From a virus, in the IMG/VR virus record IMGVR_UViG_3300032236_001232, positions 32,001 through 96,000 of that record: a stretch of 64,000 bases of DNA; one strand, written 5' to 3'. Position numbers and translations under genes: made by a program. The notes beneath the pieces were generated by a model that saw only the letters and a list, made by a program, of their open reading frames with translations, searched no databases and was not told the DNA's origin. Positions within the stretch are counted from its first letter, which is position 1. Every line of letters begins with the position of its first letter. This document shows positions 31,393 to 41,212 of the stretch, piece by piece.

Positions 31393-32192
31393 TTGACTTG
31401 ACGTTTCATATGGTCAAAATCTTTTTTCCAAAAGGACTGATCAGCATACATCTTCCATAAATCCTCAGGAATAATCGGTTTCCTCGGAGTCCATTCAACT
31501 TTTTTCTTAATAGTATGTAGCCCAGACATTGAAACTTTATCATCAAAATTATTATAATTGTCTTCTACATTATCAAAATCGTGATTAAAATACGGTTCAT
31601 TTAAAAAGGCATAAATTTGACGCATGGTATTTTCTGGACGTTTTGTGATTGCGTCATAATTCACTACACAAATTATATCTTTTTCATTAGAGTATAATGC
31701 TTGTTTTGTGCAGGCCAACGGAGCATTTAAGAAACCACCGATAGCCATAACTGTATGTGTCCTTTCGTATACACTGATATGTTCTTGACTTCCATAAATG
31801 CCTTTTAACGTGAGGGGATTTTTTTCATTAATTCGTTCAATGCTGTCGAGTATCCAAGGAACATCTCTTATACACAGTATTAATTTTCCATCGGGCCAAA
31901 TGGTTTTTATCATCGGTGTATGCGCCGCCCATCCCCTATTGGTATTAAAACAAACTGCGTTCCCATCGCTATAATAGGCTTCAAACATTGCCCTAATAAT
32001 CAATCGTCTTTTTTCAATTGTGACAAATTCTTCCATTCCGGGGGCCGATTGAACTGTTTGAATAATAGATCTGCTCATATCCAATACAGGATCGGTCATT
32101 GATGCTGTAAATCTAGGGTTTTGTTTTAAAATAGCACTGAGCATAGTGCTGCCAGATCTAGGTAGTCCTGAAATAAAGTGTAATTTTTCCAT
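31380..32192 (-). CDS. Sulfotransferase family protein
   Basis: 5'-PSB loop FISGLPRSGSTML; 3'-PB-like IRD...ILDS; YD.....PE.TMRQIY.FL. Confidence 0.88.
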   Translation of the reverse strand: MEKLHFISGLPRSGSTMLSAILKQNPRFTASMTDPVLDMSRSIIQTVQSAPGMEEFVTIEKRRLIIRAMFEAYYSDGNAVCFNTNRGWAAHTPMIKTIWPDGKLILCIRDVPWILDSIERINEKNPLTLKGIYGSQEHISVYERTHTVMAIGGFLNAPLACTKQALYSNEKDIICVVNYDAITKRPENTMRQIYAFLNEPYFNHDFDNVEDNYNNFDDKVSMSGLHTIKKKVEWTPRKPIIPEDLWKMYADQSFWKKDFDHMKRQVKWID

Positions 32193-32195
32193 AAG

Positions 32196-33893
32196 TTATT
32201 CTTTAACTATTAATTTTTTAATGTCAGGAAGATAAAGATAGTTGATATCACAATTTAATATAGTATCTAGGGCATCTTCAATTGAGTCTACTAGAGGGGC
32301 TCCTGCTAGATTAAAACTGGTATTAAACAATACAGGAACTCCAGTTTTCTCATAAAAGGATTTTATTAATTCGTAATAGTTTTTATTTTCTTTACTCTTA
32401 ACTGTTTGAATTCTACAGGTGCCGTCGACATGTGTAATAGCAGGAATATCACCTAACTTATCGGGGTGGACATTAACCGCATACATCATGTAAGGTGAAT
32501 CTTCCAGTCCTCTCATTTCAAACCATTCTTCGGCATGTTCTGCCATTACGGATCCGGCAAAGGGTCTAAACCATTCACGCCCTTTAACTTGATTGACAAT
32601 GTCTTTTCCATTAGGAGTTCTAGGATCAAATAAAATACTTCTATTTCCCAGTGCCCTAGGACCACCTTCTGCTCTACCAGAGAACATAGCCACAATATTT
32701 TGATCTGCTATAAGTTGACTAACCTTATTGGCATCAGTATTGTGCATTTTACATTTAATCGTTTTAACATAATCCTCAAGAGCAGCATAGCTAGGAGCGA
32801 ATCCCAAATACAATGTATCTAGTTTTTTGGCCTCTGTGGAATTGCTATGAGAATACCATGCTAATTTAGCTAGCCCGATGGCTGTTCCACCATCGTGCGC
32901 GATAGGATCAACATATAAATTAATATTAGGGAATCGTTTTTTGTAATAATAATTGGCCATACAATTCAGGCCATATCCGCCGGATAATACTACATTAGTT
33001 TCCCCAGATAGATCAATTGCCTTTTCGATTAGGTCCCCTAACTGTTCTTGTGTTGCCTGTTGAACTGCCCACGCTAGGTTTTTATCTACGTCGGATACTT
33101 CACTAAAATCTTTATGCCAAACTTGAGGCTCAATTGTTCTTTTTAAATATGGGAATCTATTTTCATCGATTACTGCGCCACGGGGATATAAAGGAATTAA
33201 TAGATTTTTATTTCCTTTTCCTTCAATAAAGAACTCTGGAATTTTAGGATCGTATTCCCCATATGGTGCTAGCCCCATGGTCTTGCCAGCCTCTATAAAC
33301 CCAAATCCTAGATAATCACTAACTGCTTCATATGCTTTGGTTATAGTTACGGTATTATCAAATTCTTGTATACCATTATTAAAATAACTTGCATTACCGT
33401 CTGCATATCTTTTATAAAGAGGTTCAATATCGGTAGGATATCCGCATTTATAGATAGATTCAGTTTCAAAACCTGCTACAGCTTGTTGGTTAGGTTCTTG
33501 TCCTACTAGTGCCTGATGAACACTACCTGCTCCATCAGCTATAATAGCAACAGCAGTTTCAAACCCACTGTTGTAAAACGCACCAGCAGCATGACCTAGA
33601 TGGTGCTGAGATCCTAAATTTGTAATAGAAACGGACGGATTATACTTACGAACTAGAGCAGAATAAGGATCTTCAAATGTCCACGGTAGTAGTGGTAAGT
33701 CATTGCTAGTTCCACCGATAATTAATTCATCTATTTTATATTCGTGAAGTATGCGAATCATGGCTTTAAAAGGATTTCCGTCATACTTCATACGACTAAG
33801 ACGTTCTTCTTCTACATAATATATCAGTTTACCATCGGATACCAGTGCTGCTGACCCGTTATGTCCGGGATTTATAGCCAATATGTTATACAT
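32196..33893 (-). CDS. Carbamoyltransferase (NodU/CmcH/TobZ family)
   Basis: EERLSR.K, HHLGHA..AFY.SGF, GGYGLNC.AN, GRAEGGPRALGNRSIL, FRPFA, HVDGTCRIQTV, NTSFN. Confidence 0.93.
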   Translation of the reverse strand: MYNILAINPGHNGSAALVSDGKLIYYVEEERLSRMKYDGNPFKAMIRILHEYKIDELIIGGTSNDLPLLPWTFEDPYSALVRKYNPSVSITNLGSQHHLGHAAGAFYNSGFETAVAIIADGAGSVHQALVGQEPNQQAVAGFETESIYKCGYPTDIEPLYKRYADGNASYFNNGIQEFDNTVTITKAYEAVSDYLGFGFIEAGKTMGLAPYGEYDPKIPEFFIEGKGNKNLLIPLYPRGAVIDENRFPYLKRTIEPQVWHKDFSEVSDVDKNLAWAVQQATQEQLGDLIEKAIDLSGETNVVLSGGYGLNCMANYYYKKRFPNINLYVDPIAHDGGTAIGLAKLAWYSHSNSTEAKKLDTLYLGFAPSYAALEDYVKTIKCKMHNTDANKVSQLIADQNIVAMFSGRAEGGPRALGNRSILFDPRTPNGKDIVNQVKGREWFRPFAGSVMAEHAEEWFEMRGLEDSPYMMYAVNVHPDKLGDIPAITHVDGTCRIQTVKSKENKNYYELIKSFYEKTGVPVLFNTSFNLAGAPLVDSIEDALDTILNCDINYLYLPDIKKLIVKE

Positions 33894-33896
33894 CTA

Positions 33897-34823
33897 TTAC
33901 CTTTTTTCAATATTTGTAACTATAGCATCGTAGATTTCTTTTATTTCTTTGTCAGAAAATTCCATTAGACTTTCATTATACCTATCTGCCAATGCCGAGT
34001 CAAGCCCTGTTATTCTAATTGGAGAGTATTTTTTCGGTCCTTCTTTTTCTAAGACTTGAAAATAGTCAGGATAAGATGTGTTTATAGGAAATGTAGAACC
34101 ATAAATTACAGTTCCTCTAGTATTAACAGCCCGTGCCATGTGTTGTCCTACACTGTCTACACCTACAAAATAATCGCAGGCTTTAATTAAGCAGGCCCAC
34201 ATGCGTAGATCGGCTGCCGGCACCTTCATAGTTACATTATCTTCAGGAACATATAGATTTTGTTCTCCAAAAAATATTAAATTGTATCTAGCGGCAAGTT
34301 TTTTTGCCAAACTTACAAATGCTGAGGCACTTAAACTACGCGATGACGTATCTAATACATCATTTTTGCTAGCAGTTGCTCCAGATCCAAATGGTTGAAA
34401 TACAATAGTTTTTGGTTTTTTGCCGTTTTCTTTAGCCTCTGCTATTGTCTGTTCGGCCCATATTGTTTCGTTTTTGTTGAAAAACATTACAGGCGGACCC
34501 AAGTCGGAATGATCTGTAGTTTGGTTTATCTCTTGATCAAATGCTTCTGCTAAAGAAAGTTTTTGATTGAAGTAACCAGGAACACGATACGGTTCAGGGC
34601 TGTGGATTACATCGGCTTTTGATATGATATTATCAAAAAGACCCTTTGTATCTAAACTGTAAACACGATCCTGTAGTTCTGGGATGCTCCATAATAGCGC
34701 ATCCCATCCCGGGATAAGTATTTTCCAATCAGCTGTAGGGTTAAGTTTATGAAATTTAAGTAGAGCAGGAATTGCGGCAATGATTCTTCCAGCACCGCCG
34801 TCTATGTAAAAAATTTGATTCAT
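33897..34823 (-). CDS. GT9 (heptosyltransferase-like) glycosyltransferase
   Basis: DGGAGR..AAIPAL; IVFQPFG; CDYFVGVDSVGQHMARA...VIYGST (GT9 DSGxxHxAxA-like). Confidence 0.75.
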   Translation of the reverse strand: MNQIFYIDGGAGRIIAAIPALLKFHKLNPTADWKILIPGWDALLWSIPELQDRVYSLDTKGLFDNIISKADVIHSPEPYRVPGYFNQKLSLAEAFDQEINQTTDHSDLGPPVMFFNKNETIWAEQTIAEAKENGKKPKTIVFQPFGSGATASKNDVLDTSSRSLSASAFVSLAKKLAARYNLIFFGEQNLYVPEDNVTMKVPAADLRMWACLIKACDYFVGVDSVGQHMARAVNTRGTVIYGSTFPINTSYPDYFQVLEKEGPKKYSPIRITGLDSALADRYNESLMEFSDKEIKEIYDAIVTNIEKR

Positions 34824-34832
34824 TGATCACCG

Positions 34833-37800
34833 TCATAGATTTTGTTCCAGTGTATTTACTCTTGTTGTCAATGCGGCAAATTTTTCTTCTAATTCCTGTA
34901 TAGCTTTTACAACTACCGGGAGTAATCTATCGTGTGTAACCATCCATCTATCGGATTCGTCTTTATTAACCAATCCCATCCATTCGGCATCAAATTGTTG
35001 AACAGCCTCATCTAAATTCTGCGCTGTAAATCCTGATTGGGTCATGCCCTTTTTACCATCATTAGGGGCATCTCTTTGGTCCCAAGTAAATTTTACCGGA
35101 CGAACTGCTTTAATAAAATCTAAACCAATCGGGATGCCCTGAATATTGGTCTTATCTCTACAATCAGATAGAACAGTCCAGGCCACCTGAACTCTCGCAC
35201 AAGCAATGTTACCATTGCCAATTGATATAAAGTTGTTACATCCAGTTGCGGCACCAGCAGAGCCTGCCCCAATCATGATTGCGTTATATCCTGTATGGGT
35301 AGGTCCTGCGTTATCACCAATAGCAACGTTACATCCTGTCACACTGTTGGTTCCGCATAGAGCATTTCGTCCAATAGCAATACTACAGTTTCCTGTAATG
35401 TTGGCACATAATGCGTTGGGCCCAATAGCCACATTATTACAACCTGAGATGGTTTTGTATAATGATCTATACCCAACTGCCACATTACTATCAATGAGGC
35501 TGTTGGCACACAAGCTGCCGTTTCCTGCTAGAGCACCGGCTCCTATAGCAACGTTTTTGCTACCAGTTCCTAAACATCTAAAAGCATTACACCCCATTAC
35601 TACGTTAACACCACCATTTTGGAAGTTGAGTGCAGAATAAGGTCCTATGGATATATTACATGCTGGGCTTTGGTTGGTCTGCCCCATTGCACAAGAACCC
35701 ATAATGATATTACCATTTCCTAAACAGGCAGCACATGCCGCACTAAATCCTAGGACTACGTTAAAGCATCCACTATTAGTGGCTGCTCCGGCAGCTGAAC
35801 AGAAATTAGATAGCGCATATCTTCCTACTACAGTATTGTGACATCCGTTGCTACAATACATAGATCTTTCGCCAATTGCTACGTTACCGATTACAAAAGC
35901 ACCCGATGTAGTTAACGCTTTGAATCCAACTGCGGTATTACTAGTGCCAGCGACGTTCAATCGTTGACCGGCATATGACCCTATGAGAACATTATTACAA
36001 GTGCAAATACCTGCTCCCACCCCGGTACCTATCATAATATTATGAAACCCTCCGTTTCCAGCACAATATCCTATAGCAATATTATTAGTAACAGGAGAAC
36101 TAGAAGGACCATGTAATGTGCAGATACCCAAGGCAATATTAAAACAAAAACACCCACTGCAATTACATTGCGCTGCCCTATAGCCTAAAGCAATATTAGA
36201 TTGCACAGAGTCTATACCGCCGAGCATTTTCAGAGCGCAATATCCTATTGCTAAATTGTTTTTACCATTTAAATTTCCACTGGATTTACCGATCGCTATA
36301 TTATTAGTGCCGGTGCTTAGTGTAAGACCAGCTTGATCTCCAATGGCAATATTATTGAATCCGGTAGTTAACCCACATAGTGCGTTAAATCCAACTGCTA
36401 CATTTGAACAACCTGTAACGCTCTTGTATAAAGCTCTATAGCCAATTGCTACACTATTAGAAACAGAACTACTGGCACATAAACTACCACATCCTGATAA
36501 AGCACCTGTTCCTACAGCAACGTTATTAGTACCGGTTCCTAAACATCTAAAAGCACCAAATCCTATTGCTGTATTACCATTACCAGATTGGAAATTAAGA
36601 GCAGCAAATGCTCCTATAGCAATGTTACACGCAGGAGACTGAGTGGCCTGCCCCATTGCACAGCCGCCCATGATGATATTTAGACATCCTAAACAACCAG
36701 CACAAGCTGCACTAAGTCCTACAACTATGTTACAACCACCGCTATTATTAGTTGATGTTGAACAGAAGTTAGATAGCGCATATCTTCCTATAACAATGTT
36801 CTGATTACCGCTGGCACAATACATGGCCCTTTCACCTATTACCACGCTACCGCATACACCGGCAGTTGCTGTGTTTAGGGCTTTAAATCCAAGAACGGTA
36901 TTGGCAAAAGAACAACCGCCTACTCGTTGTGCCGCGTATCCTCCTATGATGGTATTAAAACAAGTATTACCCGATACAGCGGAACTCATCGTTGGTGCGG
37001 CCAGCGTACCTATTACAATATTTTGACATCCTCCGTTTCCAGCGCAATATCCTATGTTAATATTACCAATACCGGATCTACACCGGAATGAACAAGGTCC
37101 TATAGCAACATTAAAACATGAATCGGCAGCTACAGCACCCATTGCCTTATAGCCTATAGCGGTATTGCAGTGAACGCTATCAACCGCACAACAAACCCGT
37201 AAGGAGCAATAGCCTATTGCTGTATTGCCTTTGCCATTTAAACAGGCGCTTAATTTACCAATTACTGTATTATGGAACCCTGTACTCAGTCCAAAACCGG
37301 CTTGATCTCCAATGGCAATATTTGAAAATCCGGTAGTTAAATTACATAATGCGCTAAATCCAACTGCTACGTTTGAACAACCGGTAACGCTCTTGTACAA
37401 AGCATTTGTACCAACTGCTACACTATTAGAAACAGAACTACTGGCACATAAACTACCACTTCCTGACAACGCACATGTTCCTACGGCAACGTTATTGGTG
37501 CCAGTTCCTAAACATCTAAAAGCACCAAATCCTATTGCTGTATTACCATTACCAGATTGGAAATTAAGAGCAGCAAATGCTCCTTCTATGACGTTACAAG
37601 ACGGACTTTGAGTAGCTTGAGACATGGCACAAAGGCCTATGATAGAATTTAGACATCCTAAGCAAGAAGCACACCCTGCACTAAATCCTATAACTATGTT
37701 ACAACTACCGGCGTTAACAGCCGCACCGGCAGCCGAACAAAAATTAGATAAAGCGTACCGCCCTATAACGACATTATTAATACCAGCAGAGCAATACATA

Positions 37801-39872
37801 GCCCTATCGCCTATTGCTACGTTGCCGGATATATTAATAGTTGCTGTGCTTAGAGCCTTAAATCCAAGAACTGTATTGCCATTTCCATTAGTACTAAGTA
37901 GTTGTCCGGCATATGATCCTAGAAAGGTATTGTTTAGACTATTTAGAGCAATACAATTCCCAGATTTTGCGCCTATTGTAACATTCAAGCACCCGTTATT
38001 GCCGGCCGAGTATCCTATGGCAATATTAAAAGACTGCGGGGAAGATCCTTTTAGTGTCAATGTTCCTATAGCAATATTTTGACAGGCTCCTGCGGTTGAC
38101 GTACACCTCATTGACAGCATACCTATAGCAATATTACATTGGTGAACAGCATAACCAGTAGCGCCAGTGGGACTGAAATGAGAACAACATCCTACAGCAA
38201 TATTACCGTTACCGTTTGTTTTTCCAGTACATTTACCTATCAATATGTTATTGCTTGCGGTAGTCATTCCAGGGCCAGCGGATTCGCCTAACGCAATATT
38301 ATTAATACCGCAAGTGAGTGAACCTAACGAGTTATTCCCAATTGCTACATTGCTAAATCCAGAAAAACTACAGTATGCCGCGGAGCTTGCAAATAATGCG
38401 TTTTTTCCAATTGCAATGCTAGCACAAGTACCGCCGCAATAAAGAGCCTGTGGTCCAATTGCTATGGTATAATTTACAGGAGTTACACTACTACATCTTG
38501 AGGCTCGATAACCAAGAGCAATTGATTTACATCCGGCTGATGTTGTTAATTCGTTCGCTCCATTACCTATGGCAATTGTGTTTGTCAGTCCATTTACTGA
38601 AAGTAAAGCGTTACAGCCAATGGCAATAGCGCAGGTAGCTCTACTGGCTCCGGCACATTGTCCAATACTGATACTAAACGGACTACAACATTGAGAATAG
38701 CCTGCTTTATATCCAATTGCTATTTTTTGACAGCAAGAAGCGGTAGCAGTGGACATGCCTGCTTTGTAGCCTATAGCAATATCAAAATATCGTCCGCCGC
38801 TACTCTCTGCTGCTCTATATCCTAAAGCAACGTTGCCTCGTCCTACACTGTTACAACGTAAAGCACAAGTCCCGATAGCAACATTAAAACATCCGGTAGT
38901 AGAGCAACAATTAGCTTGTTTACCGATACCGATGTTGTTAACACCTCCAGTATTCAGTCCTAGCGCAACATATCCTATTGCAACATTATAATTCCCGGAA
39001 ACATTACAACATAACGCTTTTTTTCCAAGCACAATATTATTATTTCCAATGGTATTGGCCCTGAATGTGCTATAACCGAGTCCGATATTATTATTACCAC
39101 TGGTGTTGCCCACCATTGAATAACAACCAATCGCAATATTATTAAGACCTGTACTACTTGCCAATGTGCCAGGGCCACCGACATCGAATGCGCAATATGT
39201 GTCTAAGCTAACACTGCCGCCACCACCCCCACTAGCGCCGCTCGGTCCGCTTGGGCCCTGTGGGCCTTGTGCTCCGGTATTACCTTGGACTCCTTGTGGT
39301 CCTTGAGCACCAGTATTGCCAGTTGGTCCTTGTGGTCCTTGTGCGCCAGTATTTCCTTGGACTCCTTGCGGTCCTTGAGCACCAGTATTACCAGTTGGTC
39401 CTTGTGGTCCTTGTGCTCCGGTAAACACAGACCCAGATCCGTTAACATACAGACCTGCTGAAGTTATTTTGAGACGTTCTGTTGAGCCAGCCGCTATAAT
39501 AACAGTATTAGACATTCCGGAAACAACAGTGCTTCCGCCAATAATGGTATTATTTGTGCCGTTTGTTAATGCTGCACCTGCATTATAACCAATGGCAATA
39601 TTACAACCAGTGGCATTACTCGAACAAAGGGCTTTATAACCGATGGCAATACTGGAATTTCCAGTGATATTATTTCTTAATGCACTGTATCCTATGGCAG
39701 CATTTCTACTACCCGATGTGTTAGATGCTAATGAACATAACCCTATGGCTACGTTTTTAAGACCGGTGGTTACCGATGTTAAGTTGTTAACACCTAATGC
39801 AACGTTGCCACTGGTTGTATCACACCCAGTAATATTAGGTATTACTGTGTTACCACAAATTTTAATTGCCAT
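34833..39872 (-). CDS. Cysteine-rich beta-helical (NxAIG-repeat) fibre/adhesin with a short collagen segment and C-terminal S74 chaperone
   Basis: Dozens of N[IV]A[IL]G..A repeats (YadA-head-like); about 100 Cys by manual count; C-terminal SDCRDKTNI...GFTAQ...VKAIQEL. Confidence 0.85.
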   Translation of the reverse strand: MAIKICGNTVIPNITGCDTTSGNVALGVNNLTSVTTGLKNVAIGLCSLASNTSGSRNAAIGYSALRNNITGNSSIAIGYKALCSSNATGCNIAIGYNAGAALTNGTNNTIIGGSTVVSGMSNTVIIAAGSTERLKITSAGLYVNGSGSVFTGAQGPQGPTGNTGAQGPQGVQGNTGAQGPQGPTGNTGAQGPQGVQGNTGAQGPQGPSGPSGASGGGGGSVSLDTYCAFDVGGPGTLASSTGLNNIAIGCYSMVGNTSGNNNIGLGYSTFRANTIGNNNIVLGKKALCCNVSGNYNVAIGYVALGLNTGGVNNIGIGKQANCCSTTGCFNVAIGTCALRCNSVGRGNVALGYRAAESSGGRYFDIAIGYKAGMSTATASCCQKIAIGYKAGYSQCCSPFSISIGQCAGASRATCAIAIGCNALLSVNGLTNTIAIGNGANELTTSAGCKSIALGYRASRCSSVTPVNYTIAIGPQALYCGGTCASIAIGKNALFASSAAYCSFSGFSNVAIGNNSLGSLTCGINNIALGESAGPGMTTASNNILIGKCTGKTNGNGNIAVGCCSHFSPTGATGYAVHQCNIAIGMLSMRCTSTAGACQNIAIGTLTLKGSSPQSFNIAIGYSAGNNGCLNVTIGAKSGNCIALNSLNNTFLGSYAGQLLSTNGNGNTVLGFKALSTATINISGNVAIGDRAMYCSAGINNVVIGRYALSNFCSAAGAAVNAGSCNIVIGFSAGCASCLGCLNSIIGLCAMSQATQSPSCNVIEGAFAALNFQSGNGNTAIGFGAFRCLGTGTNNVAVGTCALSGSGSLCASSSVSNSVAVGTNALYKSVTGCSNVAVGFSALCNLTTGFSNIAIGDQAGFGLSTGFHNTVIGKLSACLNGKGNTAIGYCSLRVCCAVDSVHCNTAIGYKAMGAVAADSCFNVAIGPCSFRCRSGIGNINIGYCAGNGGCQNIVIGTLAAPTMSSAVSGNTCFNTIIGGYAAQRVGGCSFANTVLGFKALNTATAGVCGSVVIGERAMYCASGNQNIVIGRYALSNFCSTSTNNSGGCNIVVGLSAACAGCLGCLNIIMGGCAMGQATQSPACNIAIGAFAALNFQSGNGNTAIGFGAFRCLGTGTNNVAVGTGALSGCGSLCASSSVSNSVAIGYRALYKSVTGCSNVAVGFNALCGLTTGFNNIAIGDQAGLTLSTGTNNIAIGKSSGNLNGKNNLAIGYCALKMLGGIDSVQSNIALGYRAAQCNCSGCFCFNIALGICTLHGPSSSPVTNNIAIGYCAGNGGFHNIMIGTGVGAGICTCNNVLIGSYAGQRLNVAGTSNTAVGFKALTTSGAFVIGNVAIGERSMYCSNGCHNTVVGRYALSNFCSAAGAATNSGCFNVVLGFSAACAACLGNGNIIMGSCAMGQTNQSPACNISIGPYSALNFQNGGVNVVMGCNAFRCLGTGSKNVAIGAGALAGNGSLCANSLIDSNVAVGYRSLYKTISGCNNVAIGPNALCANITGNCSIAIGRNALCGTNSVTGCNVAIGDNAGPTHTGYNAIMIGAGSAGAATGCNNFISIGNGNIACARVQVAWTVLSDCRDKTNIQGIPIGLDFIKAVRPVKFTWDQRDAPNDGKKGMTQSGFTAQNLDEAVQQFDAEWMGLVNKDESDRWMVTHDRLLPVVVKAIQELEEKFAALTTRVNTLEQNL
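35400..38330 (-). repeat. Three tandem internal repeats of about 320 aa in the Cys-rich fibre
   Basis: [10 protein letters not shown] recurs at about 37745, 36770 and 35805, and AFRCLGTG also recurs three times at the same spacing; period about 970 nt; boundaries approximate. Confidence 0.85.
39245..39422 (-). repeat. Collagen-like Gly-X-Y repeat
   Basis: [12 protein letters not shown] units. Confidence 0.9.
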
Positions 39873-39946
39873 CTTCGCTTTTCCTTAATGCTCGGCTTAC
39901 TGAGTGTATTTAGCCCAGTTTTAAAAATTAATCCTTCCTAGACCAG

Positions 39947-41152
39947 TTATTTAATTTTCTCCATTAATTTATCAATTTGGTCTTGTTGAGATTTGATAGC
40001 TTCTAATAAAATACCGATTAGAGGCAAATAACTAATTGATTTTAACCCGGTTTGATTGGTTCCTACTAATTCTGGCAACGTTTCTTCTAACTCCTGCGCT
40101 ATTAATCCATAGGATAATTTTCCAGATTGTTTCCAATTAAATTGCACTCCTCTGAGATTACGTAAAATATCGTGAGGGTTACTTATGGTAGCCACATTGT
40201 CTTTCATACTTAGGTCAGATGTGGTGTTAATATCTGTACAAGATAGCACCCCTGTTCCTGGATCAAAGGTTAAACTGGCATTAAACGCAGTATTTCCAGC
40301 ACTACTTTGATAGGGAATCTGATTAGTGCTACCACCAATAATATTATTGGAATTAACAGCACTATTAACATATATGCTAGATGTGTTAGTAAATGCAGGA
40401 GGGTTTCCTGCTCCTCCACTGACCATTAGCCAACCAGCACTTCCTTGAGCTAAGAAAGCAGTATTATCAGCAGAACTTTGATATAATAATGATCCATTGC
40501 CAACACCATTGCCTAGGATATTTTCAGCATAACCAACCTGTTGTGTGCTTGTATTGCCCGGGTTGAGAATATTAGCCACGGCAGCATTACCTACATAAAT
40601 GCTGCCTGTACTGGTATATGTAGGAGCACTGGTTCCAGCACTGACTAAAATCTGTCCTGTTGTGCCCGGTCCAGCAAATGCTGTTGTATCGGGCGCACTC
40701 ATGTAGACTAATTGACCGGCAGTTCCGCCAGATATACCTGCTCCGCCGCCACCTCCACCTCCACTGCTGCCAGCAGGGCCAGTTATATCTAACCAAACAT
40801 TATACCCACTTCCGTTATCTGTATACCTGTAGGTAATATCTGCACTACTATTATACCAGATATCTCCTACTGTAGGATTACTCGGTGGAGTAGTGCCAGT
40901 GGTGCTGCGAATACCGCCACCGACTACTGTTCCGCTGATATAGACCGAACCGCCTACACCTATACCGCCGGCGACAAGTAATGCTCCGGTAGTAGTGCCA
41001 GTGCTAGCTGTAGCATTGGTAATACTGAGATAGGTAGTAGAGGTAACTTGACCTGCTACTCTAGTCCACGACGATGTGGCTGTAGAGTAGCTATAGGTGA
41101 TACCATTAACTACGCTATTTTGTCCATTAGTTGGTAATACAGGGAAACTCAT
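39947..41152 (-). CDS. Short fibre/adaptor protein with a C-terminal S74 chaperone
   Basis: N-terminal MSFPVLPTNGQ; VGDIWYN module; TSDLSMKDN...GLIAQELE...LLEAIK. Confidence 0.85.
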   Translation of the reverse strand: MSFPVLPTNGQNSVVNGITYSYSTATSSWTRVAGQVTSTTYLSITNATASTGTTTGALLVAGGIGVGGSVYISGTVVGGGIRSTTGTTPPSNPTVGDIWYNSSADITYRYTDNGSGYNVWLDITGPAGSSGGGGGGGAGISGGTAGQLVYMSAPDTTAFAGPGTTGQILVSAGTSAPTYTSTGSIYVGNAAVANILNPGNTSTQQVGYAENILGNGVGNGSLLYQSSADNTAFLAQGSAGWLMVSGGAGNPPAFTNTSSIYVNSAVNSNNIIGGSTNQIPYQSSAGNTAFNASLTFDPGTGVLSCTDINTTSDLSMKDNVATISNPHDILRNLRGVQFNWKQSGKLSYGLIAQELEETLPELVGTNQTGLKSISYLPLIGILLEAIKSQQDQIDKLMEKIK

Positions 41153-41212
41153 ATTTGTGTCCCCTGTATTTAATCTAACGTCTCAGCACTGTTTCCATTA
41201 TTGAACATTGGA

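Noticed and set aside
27386-34823. Reading the enzyme cluster as a DNA hypermodification or host-metabolism locus
   Set aside because: Not excluded, but it is embedded among late fibre genes and lacks base-hydroxymethylase or nucleotide-pathway partners in this window, so virion decoration is preferred.
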